NCBI GenBank assembly: GCA_905178155.1
Contig: CAJINV010000004.1
Location: 11,439,114 to 11,503,113, forward strand
Source: Amoebophrya sp. A120
Lineage: Eukaryota > Protista > Dinoflagellata
Reading direction: 5' to 3'
DNA: 64,000 nucleotides
Below the pieces are notes generated by a model. That model did not search any database. It was not told where the DNA came from and worked only from the letters and a program-made list of their open reading frames with translations. Shown piece after piece: positions 35,050 to 47,092 of this stretch (its first letter is position 1; every line of letters begins with the position of its first letter). Made by a program: the position numbers and the translations under genes.

Positions 35050-36041
35050 GTTTTGCTTTTCGGGGGAATGTAAAAGTATTATCCAAATGTTTTGAGTCGT
35101 TGGGAGAGGAAAAATTCTGGGGGTGTCGTGAACTGTGCAAAATTCCCGGGTAAAGTACTAGAAAAATACACGGATCTTGAGATAGAGGTAGATTTTGACT
35201 CAGGAAGATTCATTCACCAATTGCTAATAGAGAACCCGTGCTGTCGAAGAAAGTCATTACTGATGAGGTCCTGGAGGCGGAGTGCGAAAATTGAAATTTC
35301 AAAATTTGGGTGGAAATAAACACACGTGGTGTTTTGGGATCATCAAGCAGGAGTACAGTAGGTAGAACATTTTCGTCTTCGTGATCGAAAAACTGTTCAT
35401 TTCAAATTCAACCGTAGTGCTCACAAGATCCGACTCGACAAGATTCTGAAAAATTCAGTACCATTTTGACCGCAGGGCAAGAAAATGCAGCTGAATTCCT
35501 TTTGATCTTCGGGATTCCGGGATCGATCTAATGCTACTTGGTGTTGCTGTACTTTCTCACGATTGCAACCGACAAATGGTATCTGGAGAGATGCATACCA
35601 TCATATAAATTTTGTGGATCTGCGGGTATTTCTTGGAACTGCGCGCAAAGACCGTCCTTCGGTTCCGGTGCCACTTGCGTGGCGGAAACGTTTCGTTGTT
35701 TTTTTCCAGATTCGGTTTTGACAAACTTTTGTGAGGGCGAGTTCTCCACTGAATTGTTGTTATTTGATGCCCAAGTGGGACCTTGTTTGCATCGACATGC
35801 AGCCAACTGTCTGTGCAGTCATCTGCACCTCTAGTAAGGCATCACTCTACAACAGCTCTAGTATTGCATGTCGCTTTTAGCACCTTTCCCACTGCCAGTC
35901 ACCACCTCGTATTCCACAGCAAAATGTCATCTTCTTTAGAGTCACGACAGAAAAAAATGATTATCAATTCGAAATCCAAATCGATGATCGCTTCCTTGTG
36001 ACATTTTCTTCTTTCACATCTTAACAATTGTTGTACCAGCA

Positions 36042-38828
36042 TTATTTAGATGCAGAACTTATACTTTCGCCTCTGCCTGAGAGCGTCATCAGCATCGGTT
36101 GCAACTCTCTAAACATCTTGCGAAGTTTCCCTATAGCAAACGACACTGCATGTTGGCCATTTTCCGCGTACCAGGCATCGCTTGCACTGGCGAACACGTC
36201 TTTCGCTGCTCTACCTTCGTTGTTCGGCTTGTTCAGCAGCAGTTTCCAGATCCACTGTAGAGCGCGGTCGTTATTGCTGTAGTCTTTCCCCGGGTCGCCA
36301 AACGGCTTCAATGTGTTTACGGTTTGGCCAGCCGCGTTCCTGATAAAGTTCAGGTGCTGACGTCCAATGAGCTTTTCAGCTTTTGATAAATCTAGATCTG
36401 CCACAGCCACAGCCTCGTGCAGCGCCGTGTTCCCGTTTGCATCCACGGCATGGAGTAAAAACGCGAACTGTCTGCACCGCCCGTTCGTTTTTAGACATGC
36501 GTCCAAATCCTTTCTTTTCGGGGCGTCACTTTTTTGCAAATAACTGCCTTTGTTGAAATGCTCCATTTCCGTCGTGGCCACCACGCCCTGCCGGTCCAAC
36601 CGAATTCTTTCGAGGAACCAATCCAGTCTCGCACCGCCGGCAGAGTGCAGAACACTAATATCTCCATCTTCGTGGACCTTCGTGTACAATATTGCCCGCT
36701 CCAGTTGCGGCAAGTCGCCGCTTCGCCCAGCCCGCACGACAGTCACGTGCAAAAGGTCCGCAAGCTCCTCAAGCCGGTCCGCGTTCATCTCGTATCTAGT
36801 AGTGATAGTTTCAATTCCGCCGGGAAGACGAGTCACGGTGTGTATAACGTTGTTTCCGACTTCTCTCTGCCATTCTGCCATCAGTAGCTTTTCCCACACC
36901 CAGAACAAGGCCCCCACGGCACCCGCGTTTTGTTCACCCTCTGAAGACCCCCCTGGCCGCACCTGGATCACGGTTTCGACCGCGCGCCAATCGCCCCGGC
37001 CTGCTGCGTAATGCACTGGTGTTACGCCAGTGGAGGCACTGTCGGTGTGGTGCAGGAGAAAGGCAAACTTGTGGCACAGAAGATACAGCTCCAGACATTG
37101 TTCCAGGTCCGCAACGGCTGGATCTGCACTTTCCTCGCCGAGCCGAAGTTTCGTGCCAACGTCACGTTTTAATAGCTCCAGCTCTTCCTCCCGCGTGGAC
37201 CACGACGTGATCTGGTGCGCGTCCATCGGGATTGTCGCACCTGCGTAGCTTTCCCAGATGGTGTGACGGATGTCGCGAAACTCCGGTGTCTTCCGCAACA
37301 GGGTGCGCCACACCCACAGCAGGGCACGCGCGCTACCGGAGCCACTGTCCTGGAGTCCGAATGGATTGCGGGCGTCCTGTTCGAAGCGGCCTCTAACCGC
37401 ATCATAAGCGTGTTGCAACCTGGCCAGGTGGTCGTCCGAAGTCAGCGACGTGGCGTCCGTCAGGCCGTCGTTGTAGCCCACCAAGTGCAGCAGCACGCGC
37501 AACCGCGTGCTGGACTCCAGGCCGGCGCCCCGGTAGAACGGTTCGCCAGGGCTCCCAGCGCTCTCTGCCGCGTGCAACAAAAACGCAAACTGGCGACAGA
37601 GCCGGTGCTCGTCGAGGCAATTTTGCAAGTCTTCCAGGCTGGGGTCGCCGGGACCGTGCCCTGTGTCGCGTCTTTCGAAATGGCGCTTGAAACGTTTCAT
37701 CTCCCGTTTCCGCACCACTTTCCGGTCATCGGCCCGGACCTTCTGCAGTACCCACTCGACTGTGGATGGCGCTGCCAGGCGGATGACATGCAACCGCGAC
37801 GCGCCCTCCGTCCGCGCGTAGAGCAGCGCGTCCTCATTCTTGGCCCGGCACTTCTCGAGAGCGACGCCCGTTCTCTGCGCCGGCGCGGCAGGAGGTGTCA
37901 CAGGCTTCTGTGGTTTGCTTCCTCGTCCAACAAGGGCGGCGGCGCTCCTCCGCACTCTGCGGACAAGACCCGAGCTTTCTCGTCGGGCCGAGCCCGAGCG
38001 GCTCTCGGTCGCTGCGTCAGTTGTGGGAGGACCACCGGTAGCAAATCTCGCCGGAGCCGCACAGCTTTCGTCCAAAACTTGCAATATGACGGAGCCCGCC
38101 TCCTCGCCGCTGTGCCTGTATGGTGCGGGCACGATTGCACCCCGGTGTGGTAATGTACGATGCTTCTCGCTGTAGCGCGCACTGTTGACCCAGGCGGAAT
38201 ATCGAAGATCTGGTTCACCACGGCCACGGGCATCTTCAATATCGCCTGTAAGAACTCCGGATGAGCTAACTTGTGTGTGTGTCTGGAACAGGAGGGTCCG
38301 CTGCTCTTTGACCGACAACCAGGTTGCAATCAGCCGCAACTGCAGAGGCATCGCCAACAGGGCGAATCGCACAAGTTCTGGCACCACCTTTTCAAGTGGG
38401 CGAAAGTCCAAGGCGACCTCGTGGGTGGCCAACTGCGCCGCGGCATGCAAGACCGTCCGGCCGTCCCGCGCTCTGGTCAACAGTAGTTTGCGCATCTGGT
38501 CTGGAGTCAAAAAAGTAACAGCTAGCTGCCAGACGAAGTCCAGACGGGACGCACTTTCTGCAGACTGGCTGTGATAGATCGTTCCAACACGCGTCTCGAG
38601 ATGCGTGTCCATTGCATCCAGCAGTAACGTCTTCCCAAATTTATTGTCACGCTGGAGCAGCAAGTCCGCCATGAATTGTTGCCGCGCATCTGGTGCCTGC
38701 ACATCCGGGGTCTTCTTGGGCCGTCGTCGACTTTCGGAACGTCCCGCTGGTTGAGGAGGCTCCGTTTGCCTCCAGCTTTCGAATTCCGCCCTTGCCGCTG
38801 GAGCCGTAGCACCGTTTCCGTTGGCCAT
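36042..38828 (-). CDS. Ankyrin-like repeat protein with three C(R/H)(Q/K)FAFLLH modules (copy A)
   Basis: 928-aa ORF with ankyrin-like GKTLLL, DGRTVLHAAA, GVTPVHYAAGRG, NGNTALHEAV, NNEGRAAKD; true 5' end probably further upstream. Confidence 0.75.
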   Translation of the reverse strand: MANGNGATAPAARAEFESWRQTEPPQPAGRSESRRRPKKTPDVQAPDARQQFMADLLLQRDNKFGKTLLLDAMDTHLETRVGTIYHSQSAESASRLDFVWQLAVTFLTPDQMRKLLLTRARDGRTVLHAAAQLATHEVALDFRPLEKVVPELVRFALLAMPLQLRLIATWLSVKEQRTLLFQTHTQVSSSGVLTGDIEDARGRGEPDLRYSAWVNSARYSEKHRTLPHRGAIVPAPYRHSGEEAGSVILQVLDESCAAPARFATGGPPTTDAATESRSGSARRESSGLVRRVRRSAAALVGRGSKPQKPVTPPAAPAQRTGVALEKCRAKNEDALLYARTEGASRLHVIRLAAPSTVEWVLQKVRADDRKVVRKREMKRFKRHFERRDTGHGPGDPSLEDLQNCLDEHRLCRQFAFLLHAAESAGSPGEPFYRGAGLESSTRLRVLLHLVGYNDGLTDATSLTSDDHLARLQHAYDAVRGRFEQDARNPFGLQDSGSGSARALLWVWRTLLRKTPEFRDIRHTIWESYAGATIPMDAHQITSWSTREEELELLKRDVGTKLRLGEESADPAVADLEQCLELYLLCHKFAFLLHHTDSASTGVTPVHYAAGRGDWRAVETVIQVRPGGSSEGEQNAGAVGALFWVWEKLLMAEWQREVGNNVIHTVTRLPGGIETITTRYEMNADRLEELADLLHVTVVRAGRSGDLPQLERAILYTKVHEDGDISVLHSAGGARLDWFLERIRLDRQGVVATTEMEHFNKGSYLQKSDAPKRKDLDACLKTNGRCRQFAFLLHAVDANGNTALHEAVAVADLDLSKAEKLIGRQHLNFIRNAAGQTVNTLKPFGDPGKDYSNNDRALQWIWKLLLNKPNNEGRAAKDVFASASDAWYAENGQHAVSFAIGKLRKMFRELQPMLMTLSGRGESISSASK

Positions 38829-39182
38829 CTCGGTCTCGAAAAAATAGATATTTTCTCCGCCCCCTTTAAGCGCGTACCCCGCGGCAACGAGTGAGAGATT
38901 CTGGTACCAGGAAATCCACCGCTCGTTTAGACGAAATCGTGCGTCGGCGCTCTGCCAGTGCTATACCCCTCAAGATGATCGTTCTCCAGAGCCTGCCAAT
39001 GAACACTGAATCCACTACTTGTTCGTCCGAGTCATACAAAAGGTTACACAGACACACTGCTAAATAAAATGCGTGGCTGAGAGGTGGCATGAAAATTCAA
39101 CAACGTGATTATGTTATACTAACGGACGCTTCCGATTTCCTTACCCCGTAGTGAACAAGTGCATCATGAACTCAAGTCCTGA

Positions 39183-40367
39183 CTAGACCCGGAAAACACT
39201 GATCTCATCCAAGGATAGATACTTTTCTACTTCTTGCGCGTTAAATACGTTGTCCATGTACACCACCCCCGGCGGGCGCACGTCACTGGGCCCCCTTCTA
39301 TGCCGAGCTACCAGCTCCTCGAGATTGCTTTCAACTGTTTCGCGCAAAGACCGCTCGGGCTCCCCTTCAACGGTTTCGGGCAAAAGCTCGGGAGCGAGAA
39401 TCCAAGGACGACCCTGCTTCTTCCAGTTTTTCGCCACGAGGCGGAGTGTCCATTGCCGAAGGAGGGCGTGTAACGCCACGGCGGTGTACTTCTTGCTGCA
39501 CGCCGTACACTTCAGCGCCTCGTCGTACGAAAGCCGGTGGCACAGGATGCTACCGTTATATCCTCGGTAGAAGCCGTTACGCCCTTCGACGACCGTGCGC
39601 GGTGTGTAGGGACGTGCCAACATGTTGTTGTACGCACCAGTCATCAGTACATCGCACAGGCACTCGTGACACATGCCCTCTTTGCATTGGCACCGCATCT
39701 GCGTCGGGGGTTGCATCAACGCGTTCTCTGGCCCCAGGTTTGCCGCGTCTTCCAAGCAAATGCTGCAGCTCCCTTGTTGCTCGTCCGGGAAGTTGTCTTG
39801 ATGCTGCTCGTCGTGGTCCGGGGAGTTCCTTGTAAGAAGATCTTGACGACGACCACTCGTACTTTGTTCACGCGCCGGCTCACGAAGAACAAGATCGCTG
39901 GAGGGACCACTACTACCCGCGGCTGCGCTTCGACTCGCGCTGCCACGGTCCTCCTGCGTTCGTGATTTATTTCGCGATGAACTCGAACTTGATGAGGATG
40001 ACCGCTTTCTACTAGTCCTCGTTCTCTTCTTCACAGTTCTTCGCCGACCGCGATCATTTCCCCCAGCCCGAGCGGCGGCTCCACCTCCGGTTCGCGAATT
40101 TTCGGACGAAGATTCGGATCCGCTGCTCCCCGACGAATCCCAGAACTCACTTCCGCCCTCGCTGTCCGAGTCCGGTCCATCTGAAGCAGAACCCGCTGCT
40201 GGAGCACCTTGTGCATGGGTGTAAGTTGGACCATCACCACGCAACGGTGATGCTGCAGGTTCCGGTTCCCTCCCGGAACGAATGCTAGTGCTACTAGGGC
40301 CCGACGCGGACAGCCCCGACCGCACGGCGGCCAGGAGCACGAGAACCCACGAGCCGCGAAAAATCAT
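39183..40367 (-). CDS. Signal-peptide protein with a Ser/Arg-rich linker and RING-variant-like zinc finger
   Basis: N-terminal WVLVLLAAVRSGLSA; CSIC...CQC...CHEC...CTAC pattern; homologous to the Cys region of ORF 43735-45612. Confidence 0.7.
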   Translation of the reverse strand: MIFRGSWVLVLLAAVRSGLSASGPSSTSIRSGREPEPAASPLRGDGPTYTHAQGAPAAGSASDGPDSDSEGGSEFWDSSGSSGSESSSENSRTGGGAAARAGGNDRGRRRTVKKRTRTSRKRSSSSSSSSSRNKSRTQEDRGSASRSAAAGSSGPSSDLVLREPAREQSTSGRRQDLLTRNSPDHDEQHQDNFPDEQQGSCSICLEDAANLGPENALMQPPTQMRCQCKEGMCHECLCDVLMTGAYNNMLARPYTPRTVVEGRNGFYRGYNGSILCHRLSYDEALKCTACSKKYTAVALHALLRQWTLRLVAKNWKKQGRPWILAPELLPETVEGEPERSLRETVESNLEELVARHRRGPSDVRPPGVVYMDNVFNAQEVEKYLSLDEISVFRV

Positions 40368-42239
40368 AGTACTTTCGAGCCAAAAACTTCTGACTACCAG
40401 ATATTTCCTTTCGACCCAAAAACTTCTGAGCCCGGCGGCTTTGAAGTTTGTGAGTAAAGTTGGTTTAGTTCGTTAGGATTCCCACAGGACAAACAAAATC
40501 AAGAGTTGCAATTCTCGATCTTATAATCCACTACAATTCTTTCGCAAAATCCTACTTGCAGCAAAACTTCCAGGTCAGCGCCAGGAAGGAGTAGGCTATA
40601 CTTGTTACTTATCGCAAAGTATATAGTCAAAATGATGTTTCAGCTTCGGTGGACTGTAGTGCTACAATTATGCGAATACACACTTTCATTAATTCGTTGC
40701 AATGATTAGACGTGATTTTCTTTTTGGTTTTTGTGCTGTAAAACGTATCTATCAATTGTAGATTATGTGAGATCTGATTTGCAAATCCGCACAGAATCCT
40801 GTTTCGATTTCGAAAGTTTTGCATCATCTTGATCTGACCTGTCGCAGTAGCGCGTGAGCCCTTTTGCGAAAGAACCTTTCAATTCTCTAGAGTTCATTGC
40901 CGACCTCAACCGTCCGTTGCAGCACCGACCGATCTATTAAGTATTGCATCCATTTTCCAACTTTGGTCTCTTACCGATATGTGATTTTTCTTTCTGTACA
41001 GAAGCAGTGCGACCTTTTAACATCGATCTTCGAGATTCCATTTTGGTGATGATCTATTCCCTCTGATCTGAATCTGCTTCTGCATTACACCGATCAGTGT
41101 GGTTGCAGTGGCTTGCAAGGGATCATGGAATTTGAAAATTTTCAAATGCTCTGAACGAGAACGGGATCCAGAGACTCTGTTGAAGCACCATTTCCCCGGT
41201 AGATAAGACGCAATACAAAATTAGCCGTGACGCGACCAGCTGAAATTTTACGGCGTTCAGAGATAAGCAAAGATTTGTGCTGCTTTGTGTTAGAACGACG
41301 CAAATGCCGAGGAGCTGTGGCCAAGCTCCATTTTGCAAAATCGGCACCGAAGACTTAACGACTCTGCTGCTCTCCGTCCTGCAGATGTGGTTGTTGAGAG
41401 ATAAATCGCACTATAAAAACGAACAACCCAAGAAGGTGTGTTACCTTTCAGCACGCGTCGGGCGAAAGACTTGTAGAGAAAGCAGACAAGTTGTTCGCAC
41501 CTTCGTTGTTGTGTCCGAAGTTTATCGGTCCAAAAGTTGTCCTCCTTAAACGCGCAAAAACAAAAAGAGCTCACTTTCTGGTCGATCTTTGCATTTTTAC
41601 TAAATTCGGACGCAGCGCCGCTGCTGGTGCCTTTCATTCAGGTTCGATTGAAGAAGAGGAGTAGATCACGCGCGGCAAAGTATGACAGCAAATACGCTCT
41701 CGCGGTGGGTACACACCTACAACTACTCCGCTTTTTTGGAAATTAAAATATACATCCTCTCGTCCCTTTCCGTTGGCGATCGAGCCTACGTCAGAAAGCT
41801 GCAATGACTGTTTGCACTTGCAGCGCTTTTCACTACAAAAGCACTACGGTTTTCTCCTACCGCCGGGTGCCTCGGTATAGATACAAGAATTTGTGATGTC
41901 TCTAATATGCTCATGAATTTGTAGAAATGCTCATCATACAGTATAACATGAAAGAGGTTCGCTAGACAAGGCGAGCTGGCATTTTGACAAAAAACTGAGA
42001 CCATCACGTCGCATTTTTGACATGACGCGATGATGATCAAAATCATAGCAATTTGTTTTCGCTCTTCTCCGTACGCGAAAACGTCTTCAAAATAAAAATC
42101 GCATTAAGAGGATTTAAAGCTCTGAGTTATGTTCTCTGTCCAGCATGATCGGGCACCATCCAATAATGCAGTACGTCAACATGCGATGGTGCAAAAAAAA
42201 ATGCAATGTCTAGAAGTACTCAGGATAACTTACAGGTCT

Positions 42240-45200
42240 TCAAAGTCTCACAAAGGTTGGGTCAGGCCTTTTTTGATCCAAAATTCGCGAAAGTTGGCTC
42301 AGAAGTTGCCTTTCCGTAAACAAACGGGAACGCGTCACATGAGGTTTCAGCAGATCTCCGGCCGTATCCCCGAACGCGTTTTTCTTGAATAGCAGCTGCC
42401 GCCACACCCAGCGGGTCGTTTCCGGGTGATTGGACCCCGAAAACGGGTTTTCCAGGTCGGGTTCTGCGTACAGTCGCCGGTCGTGTGGTCCACCGCGTCT
42501 CGGGTGTCCTCCGTCCTGTCGTGCGACGTGATTTCTACTTTCTAAGTGATCACGAGAAGGAGCTTGCTCTAAGTGAAGATCACGCTGCTTTTCTTCGAGA
42601 ACAAGAGTTCTTGTTAACGAAGTACTTCCAGAGCGGCCGGTACTACTGATCGACACCGCTGGTCGCGCTGCACCCGACGGGTCACTTTTTACATCTTCCA
42701 GTTGTTCTATCGTGCTCAGGTCGTCGAAGCCGATCAGAAGTTGCAGGGCCGCCCAGTTCCCCGACCGCGCCGCCTCGTGCAGCGGCGTGTCGCCGCGCGC
42801 GGCGTTCACAGCGTGGAGCAGAAAACTGAACTGCCGGCAAAGCGGGTCTTCGTCGAGGGCCGCGCGGAACTCTTCGGGCAGCGGCGGGGCTGACGTGTTC
42901 GTGGTTTCGCCGGGGGGCGTTGTTAATTCTTGTTGCTCCGCTTTGTAATTCATCTCTCCTCGGGGGGCTGGGTTGTAGGAAGAACTACTGCTATGCGCGT
43001 GATCGACGATACCCAATTGTACCTCTGACGGGACCACCACTATCGATTCGTGCCCTTGGCTTGCCCCTTGGTTCTTGGTGGCAGCGCCTCCGCCTTTAGG
43101 TGGACCCTTCTGAAGATTCCTCCTCCGCACCGCAAGCGGCCCCTCCCAAAACTTTTTCGCGACTTCAATTTCTTTGTCTACTGCCGCGCGATCATCGTGG
43201 CCGGACGAGGAAGCGCTATACTGCTGCTTGTACCTTCGCTGCACTAGATTTTCCAGCTCCTGCGCCCGTACAACGTGAAATTTGTCCTCCCGGATGCGCC
43301 GCAGCAGCCAGCCGAACTTCGAATGGCGAAAAACGCTGTCTGGCGAGGCCCGCCCGCCCTGATTTGCATATGGCCCTGCATGACCTCCTGCAGCGGCCAT
43401 TTGGTGGAGATGGACCTGCGTCAGGTGCAGCACGCTGTCGCCCAGCCCCCCGGACTTGGCATACAGGAGGTCAAAATCAAAGCTGGCGCGCTTCAGTAGG
43501 TTTATTTCCCTGCTGCTGCTGCTCTCGAGCCGGTCGGGGACAGAAGACCGAACAAGATCTTCCCGCTTCTCTTCCCTTCCGCTCTCCGTGGTCTCCCCGC
43601 GCGCTGCGGACGAGGCCGCGGCAGAAACGACTTGTGCCGAGGCGGTCGGCCGCCCGGCTTTGCTGCTTCCGCACACGATAGAAGCGCCGCCCCGGGTAAC
43701 GCACTTTCGGGCAGAGGAAAGGAAAGAGGCACTGCTAAATGATCTTCTGCTGGTGGGCTTCGTGACACCTTTTTCGCATCCGTTCAGCGTGTGCACGCAA
43801 AGCAAATCCTGCTGGGGCGGCGTTGGCGGTAGCAGTTCTATGGCCCTCGTCATCTTCTACGATATTTCTTGCGTCGGGATGCACTTCCGCCGCATGCTGC
43901 CCAAGCTGCTCCAGAAGGAATTTTTCCTCCAAAATTTCAGCTAGCTCTTCCAGAATGTTTGTATTATATCCCGTGTTCACCTGCGGAGTTGGAACCTCTG
44001 CTGCGACCAGAAAGCACATATATGCTGAATATTCCTCCCGTACGGTTGCTGTTGCTCGCGAGCCATCGACGTGGTAGTACGCCCTTGAGTTCACCCGAGC
44101 ATTTTGATAAAACAGGTTTTGGCGAAGCTGCGCAAAGTTCAAGGTGTCCGTGACGAGCTCTAGCTGCGACGGCATCCAGTTTTTTGGCACGCCGGGATCC
44201 TGGGCGAACAACCACTCGGAAGGTGCTGCAGCAGCTCCAGTAGAGGACGTTGCAGCAGAAGTCCTCCCACCACGATTTGTAGTGGGAAAACGAAAATCAT
44301 CATGTTCCTGCGGTTTAGAAGTGGTCTTCATATAATTATCATTACCCTCACGACCTGCTTCAACATCCGCCTCCGGTGTCGCGACCACGCCCCACTTTTG
44401 GGACAGCGTTTGCGAAAAGAGACTGACTTCGTGCGCATTGGACCTTCGGAGCGGGGGGTGCTCCACCCGGGCGTGTACCGGCGACCAGGTTCCCTCCGGG
44501 GGGTGCGGTTGTGGCGGGGGAACGTGGATGTGCAGCCCCACGACGTGCAGCACGGTGAACCCCTCGGCGTCCGGGGTGAGCAAGACCTTCGCGCGTTCCG
44601 CCCGCGTCAAAAACACGCCCACCACCTGCCACATGAAATCGCGTCGGGAGTAGAGCAGTAGTGAGCCCGGAAAGTAGTGCGTGCTGGAGAGCTGCAACAC
44701 CGCTTGCAGCAGCAGCGTCCGGCCGCGCTGCTGGTCTTGCATCATTAGGGCGTCTCGGACGACGCTCCGGGACGCCGGGGTCTGTTGCTGCTGGTTCGTC
44801 GTGTGCTGGTTTTGTTCTCCAGAAGAACGGGCACCTGTGCCCGCGACGTCCGCGGAGCCACCAGATTCTTTCCTAATGCTCCTGTTCTCCCCGAAGATAA
44901 GCGAAGAGACTTCTCCCATGAGCCGCGACGCAGTAGGTACGGCTCGGCTGGCAGAGTGGGCGGTCTGGCCACGCGGCCCGTGACTGCGTTCCTTCGCATT
45001 TTTCCCCGGAAAAACTTCTCTTGCTTCGGTCGCGCAGCCTTGCTGCCAGTGCGTCTGAAAATCGCTGTTCCCCTCATCAAGACCCGACATGCAATAGACC
45101 GGTTCGGGCGCGCTGATGCGGCTTCCGGCTGCGGTAAGGAGTAGGTTCTGCCACCACGAATTCACTTTGTCGTTCAAATTCCTCCGGGCCAACGCATCGG

Positions 45201-45600
45201 AAAAGTATTGTGTCCAGCGCGATTTCGACCCGCCGTCCTCACACAGGATCCAGCACTGTTTCTCAGTTACTAAATCGCCCGAATTGCAGCTGGCGCGCAG
45301 AAACGTGCGCAGCATGCCGAAGAGTCCGACGCTGGTGAACGGGCGCGCGCAGGTCGGACAGGTGAGGGCTTCTTTAAATTTCAACGGTCGCCCCCGCTGT
45401 GCATACGCCCGCTGCCGGCACCGGTTCGCGTACATAACGGTACTCGCCTGGTGGAGGCACTCTTCGCACCGAACGCTGGACGCGCAGGCACACGTGTTCG
45501 CCAATACCGGGACGTGGGAGGCCGGTCTCGCACACCACGCGCACGTCGAACAAGGACCACGAGCCCCCGCCGGACTGGAACGAAAACCCTCGCCGACAAA
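42240..45600 (-). CDS. RING-like plus ankyrin-like family member B; 5'-truncated here, frame break near 43850
   Basis: CAWC...CAC...CEEC...CPTC, RGRTLLLQAV, EGFTVLHVVG, LCRQFSFLLHAVNAARGDTPLHEAARSG, KNAFGDTAGD. Two ORFs (43735-45612, 42240-43853) need an intron or frameshift to join. Confidence 0.6.
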
Positions 45601-46090
45601 CTTGTCATGCAAACAGTGCCACGAGGCACAGGATGGATTGGGTATTTTGCATCACAAATGAGGGGGAGGGGGAGTTGTAGTGCACTTTCATATTTCGCGT
45701 CGTCCACGAATTCGAGATACACCCGGTTACTTGACGCGATGGACAGTGCGTATGCAAGAAAAAAACTGTGTAAGTGTAAATCTGTGATGCAGAAAATCCC
45801 AAACAGGTACACTTGTCATGCTCGACATGCATGACCGGCTCGCTTCCTATGTGTTTTCCCTTTGTATCTGCGCATAACAAGTTTGTCCTGTCATGGCAAG
45901 CAAACTTGTGATGCTGTTTTCCCAAAAGACTTACACTAACACAGTTTTTTTCTTGGATAGCGCGGAGACTGTGTTCAGTAAGTACTCCGACCCGCCGAAA
46001 ATCTTGCCCAGCAACAGCATTTTCCCGAGCCGAATATCGACGGGTAGCTTCGCCAGCGCGAGTCCCAAGGGCGTGATCTGGAACTGGAGA
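45601..46090 (-). pseudogene. Duplicated internal fragment of the DHX29-like gene (copy of about 55215-55707), including half a family H element
   Basis: Near-identical to 55215-55707 (LQFQITPLGLALAKLPVDIRLGKMLLLG). Confidence 0.9.
45751..45959. mobile_element. TIR intron element, family C (segmentally duplicated copy of 55366-55574)
   Basis: Interior matches 55366-55574; TSD GTGCG/GCGCG. Confidence 0.93.
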
Positions 46091-47092
46091 TTTTGCACGA
46101 TTTTCATTTTCCTTGTCGCCACTGCGGTCAACAGCATTATCTTGTTCGCTGCTCTGCGGGCTCTGGTCCACCGTGGACTCCGTGTCGTTATTCGTCATAA
46201 AATCGGTGCAGGAAGAACTACTCCCACCGCCCAACGCTTTCCCGATGAAGAACTCACTCAGCAGCGACGGGCTCACGTGGTGCCGCCCCCGCGCGGCTCC
46301 ATCCGCGCCTGACACCACCAGCGCAAAGTCCTTGAGTCGCGCGTCCCACGCAACATCGTTCTCCTTGTCCACACTCTCCGGCACCAGTTTCGCCTCCCGT
46401 GCCTCCGCCTGCACGCCGACGCCGGACAGGTAGACGTGCAACACGCGCTCGTGGGGCACTTTGATCGCCGTCCCGAGCCGCTCCGGCCACTCGATCAGGC
46501 AGACGTCATCGCGGAAAATTTTCTCAAAGTCCACCAGTCCCGCGATCCTGCCCGCCGGGAGCCGGTAGGGGTCCAGGTGGTTCACCGAGCAGTTCGGAAT
46601 GTGCGCGAACCGGGACGCCTTGAAGACGATCTTCTTCTCTGGATGTTGCTGGCAAGGCCGCTCCTGCGTCGGCCTCGTGCTGGGGGGTAGCTGTTCTTGC
46701 TGGACATGGTCCATCTTCGTGCTGTCGCTTGTACGGGTAGTAGTCGCCGAAGTTTTCTTCAAGATCTCCTTCGTGTCGTCTGAAGAGTGCGTAGACATAG
46801 AGTGGTCTTGCGTTGTTCCCACCACTTCCTCCTCCGTCAACTTTTTTCCTTCTTCAGGAGCGTCCTGTTGGTACACGAAGTGCAACAAATACGTCGGACT
46901 GGGCACGTCGAGCTGCGCGTTCTGGAAAAAGTACCGGAGAAAGCCTCGCGACAGCGCCGTCTTGCCCGCGCCGAGCTCGCCGTGGAGAAAGAAAATGTCG
47001 CCTTTCCGGGACTTGGAGGCCAGGAGCGCCCCGAGGGCCTCGGTCGCCTCCACGCTGGGAAGCGATGCGGTAACGGTCGGCGGTGGGGTCAT
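46091..47092 (-). pseudogene. tsaE: Truncated duplicate of the tsaE-tsaD gene (TsaE domain only), running out of frame into the DHX29 fragment
   Basis: Homologous to 34043-35049 with an intact TsaE ORF; homology stops at ...ENRAK. Confidence 0.85.

Noticed and set aside
40480-42230. Short ORFs in the spacer between the RING-like gene and family member B
   Set aside because: AT-richer composition, no motifs and no consistent exon chain; treated as intergenic/UTR.
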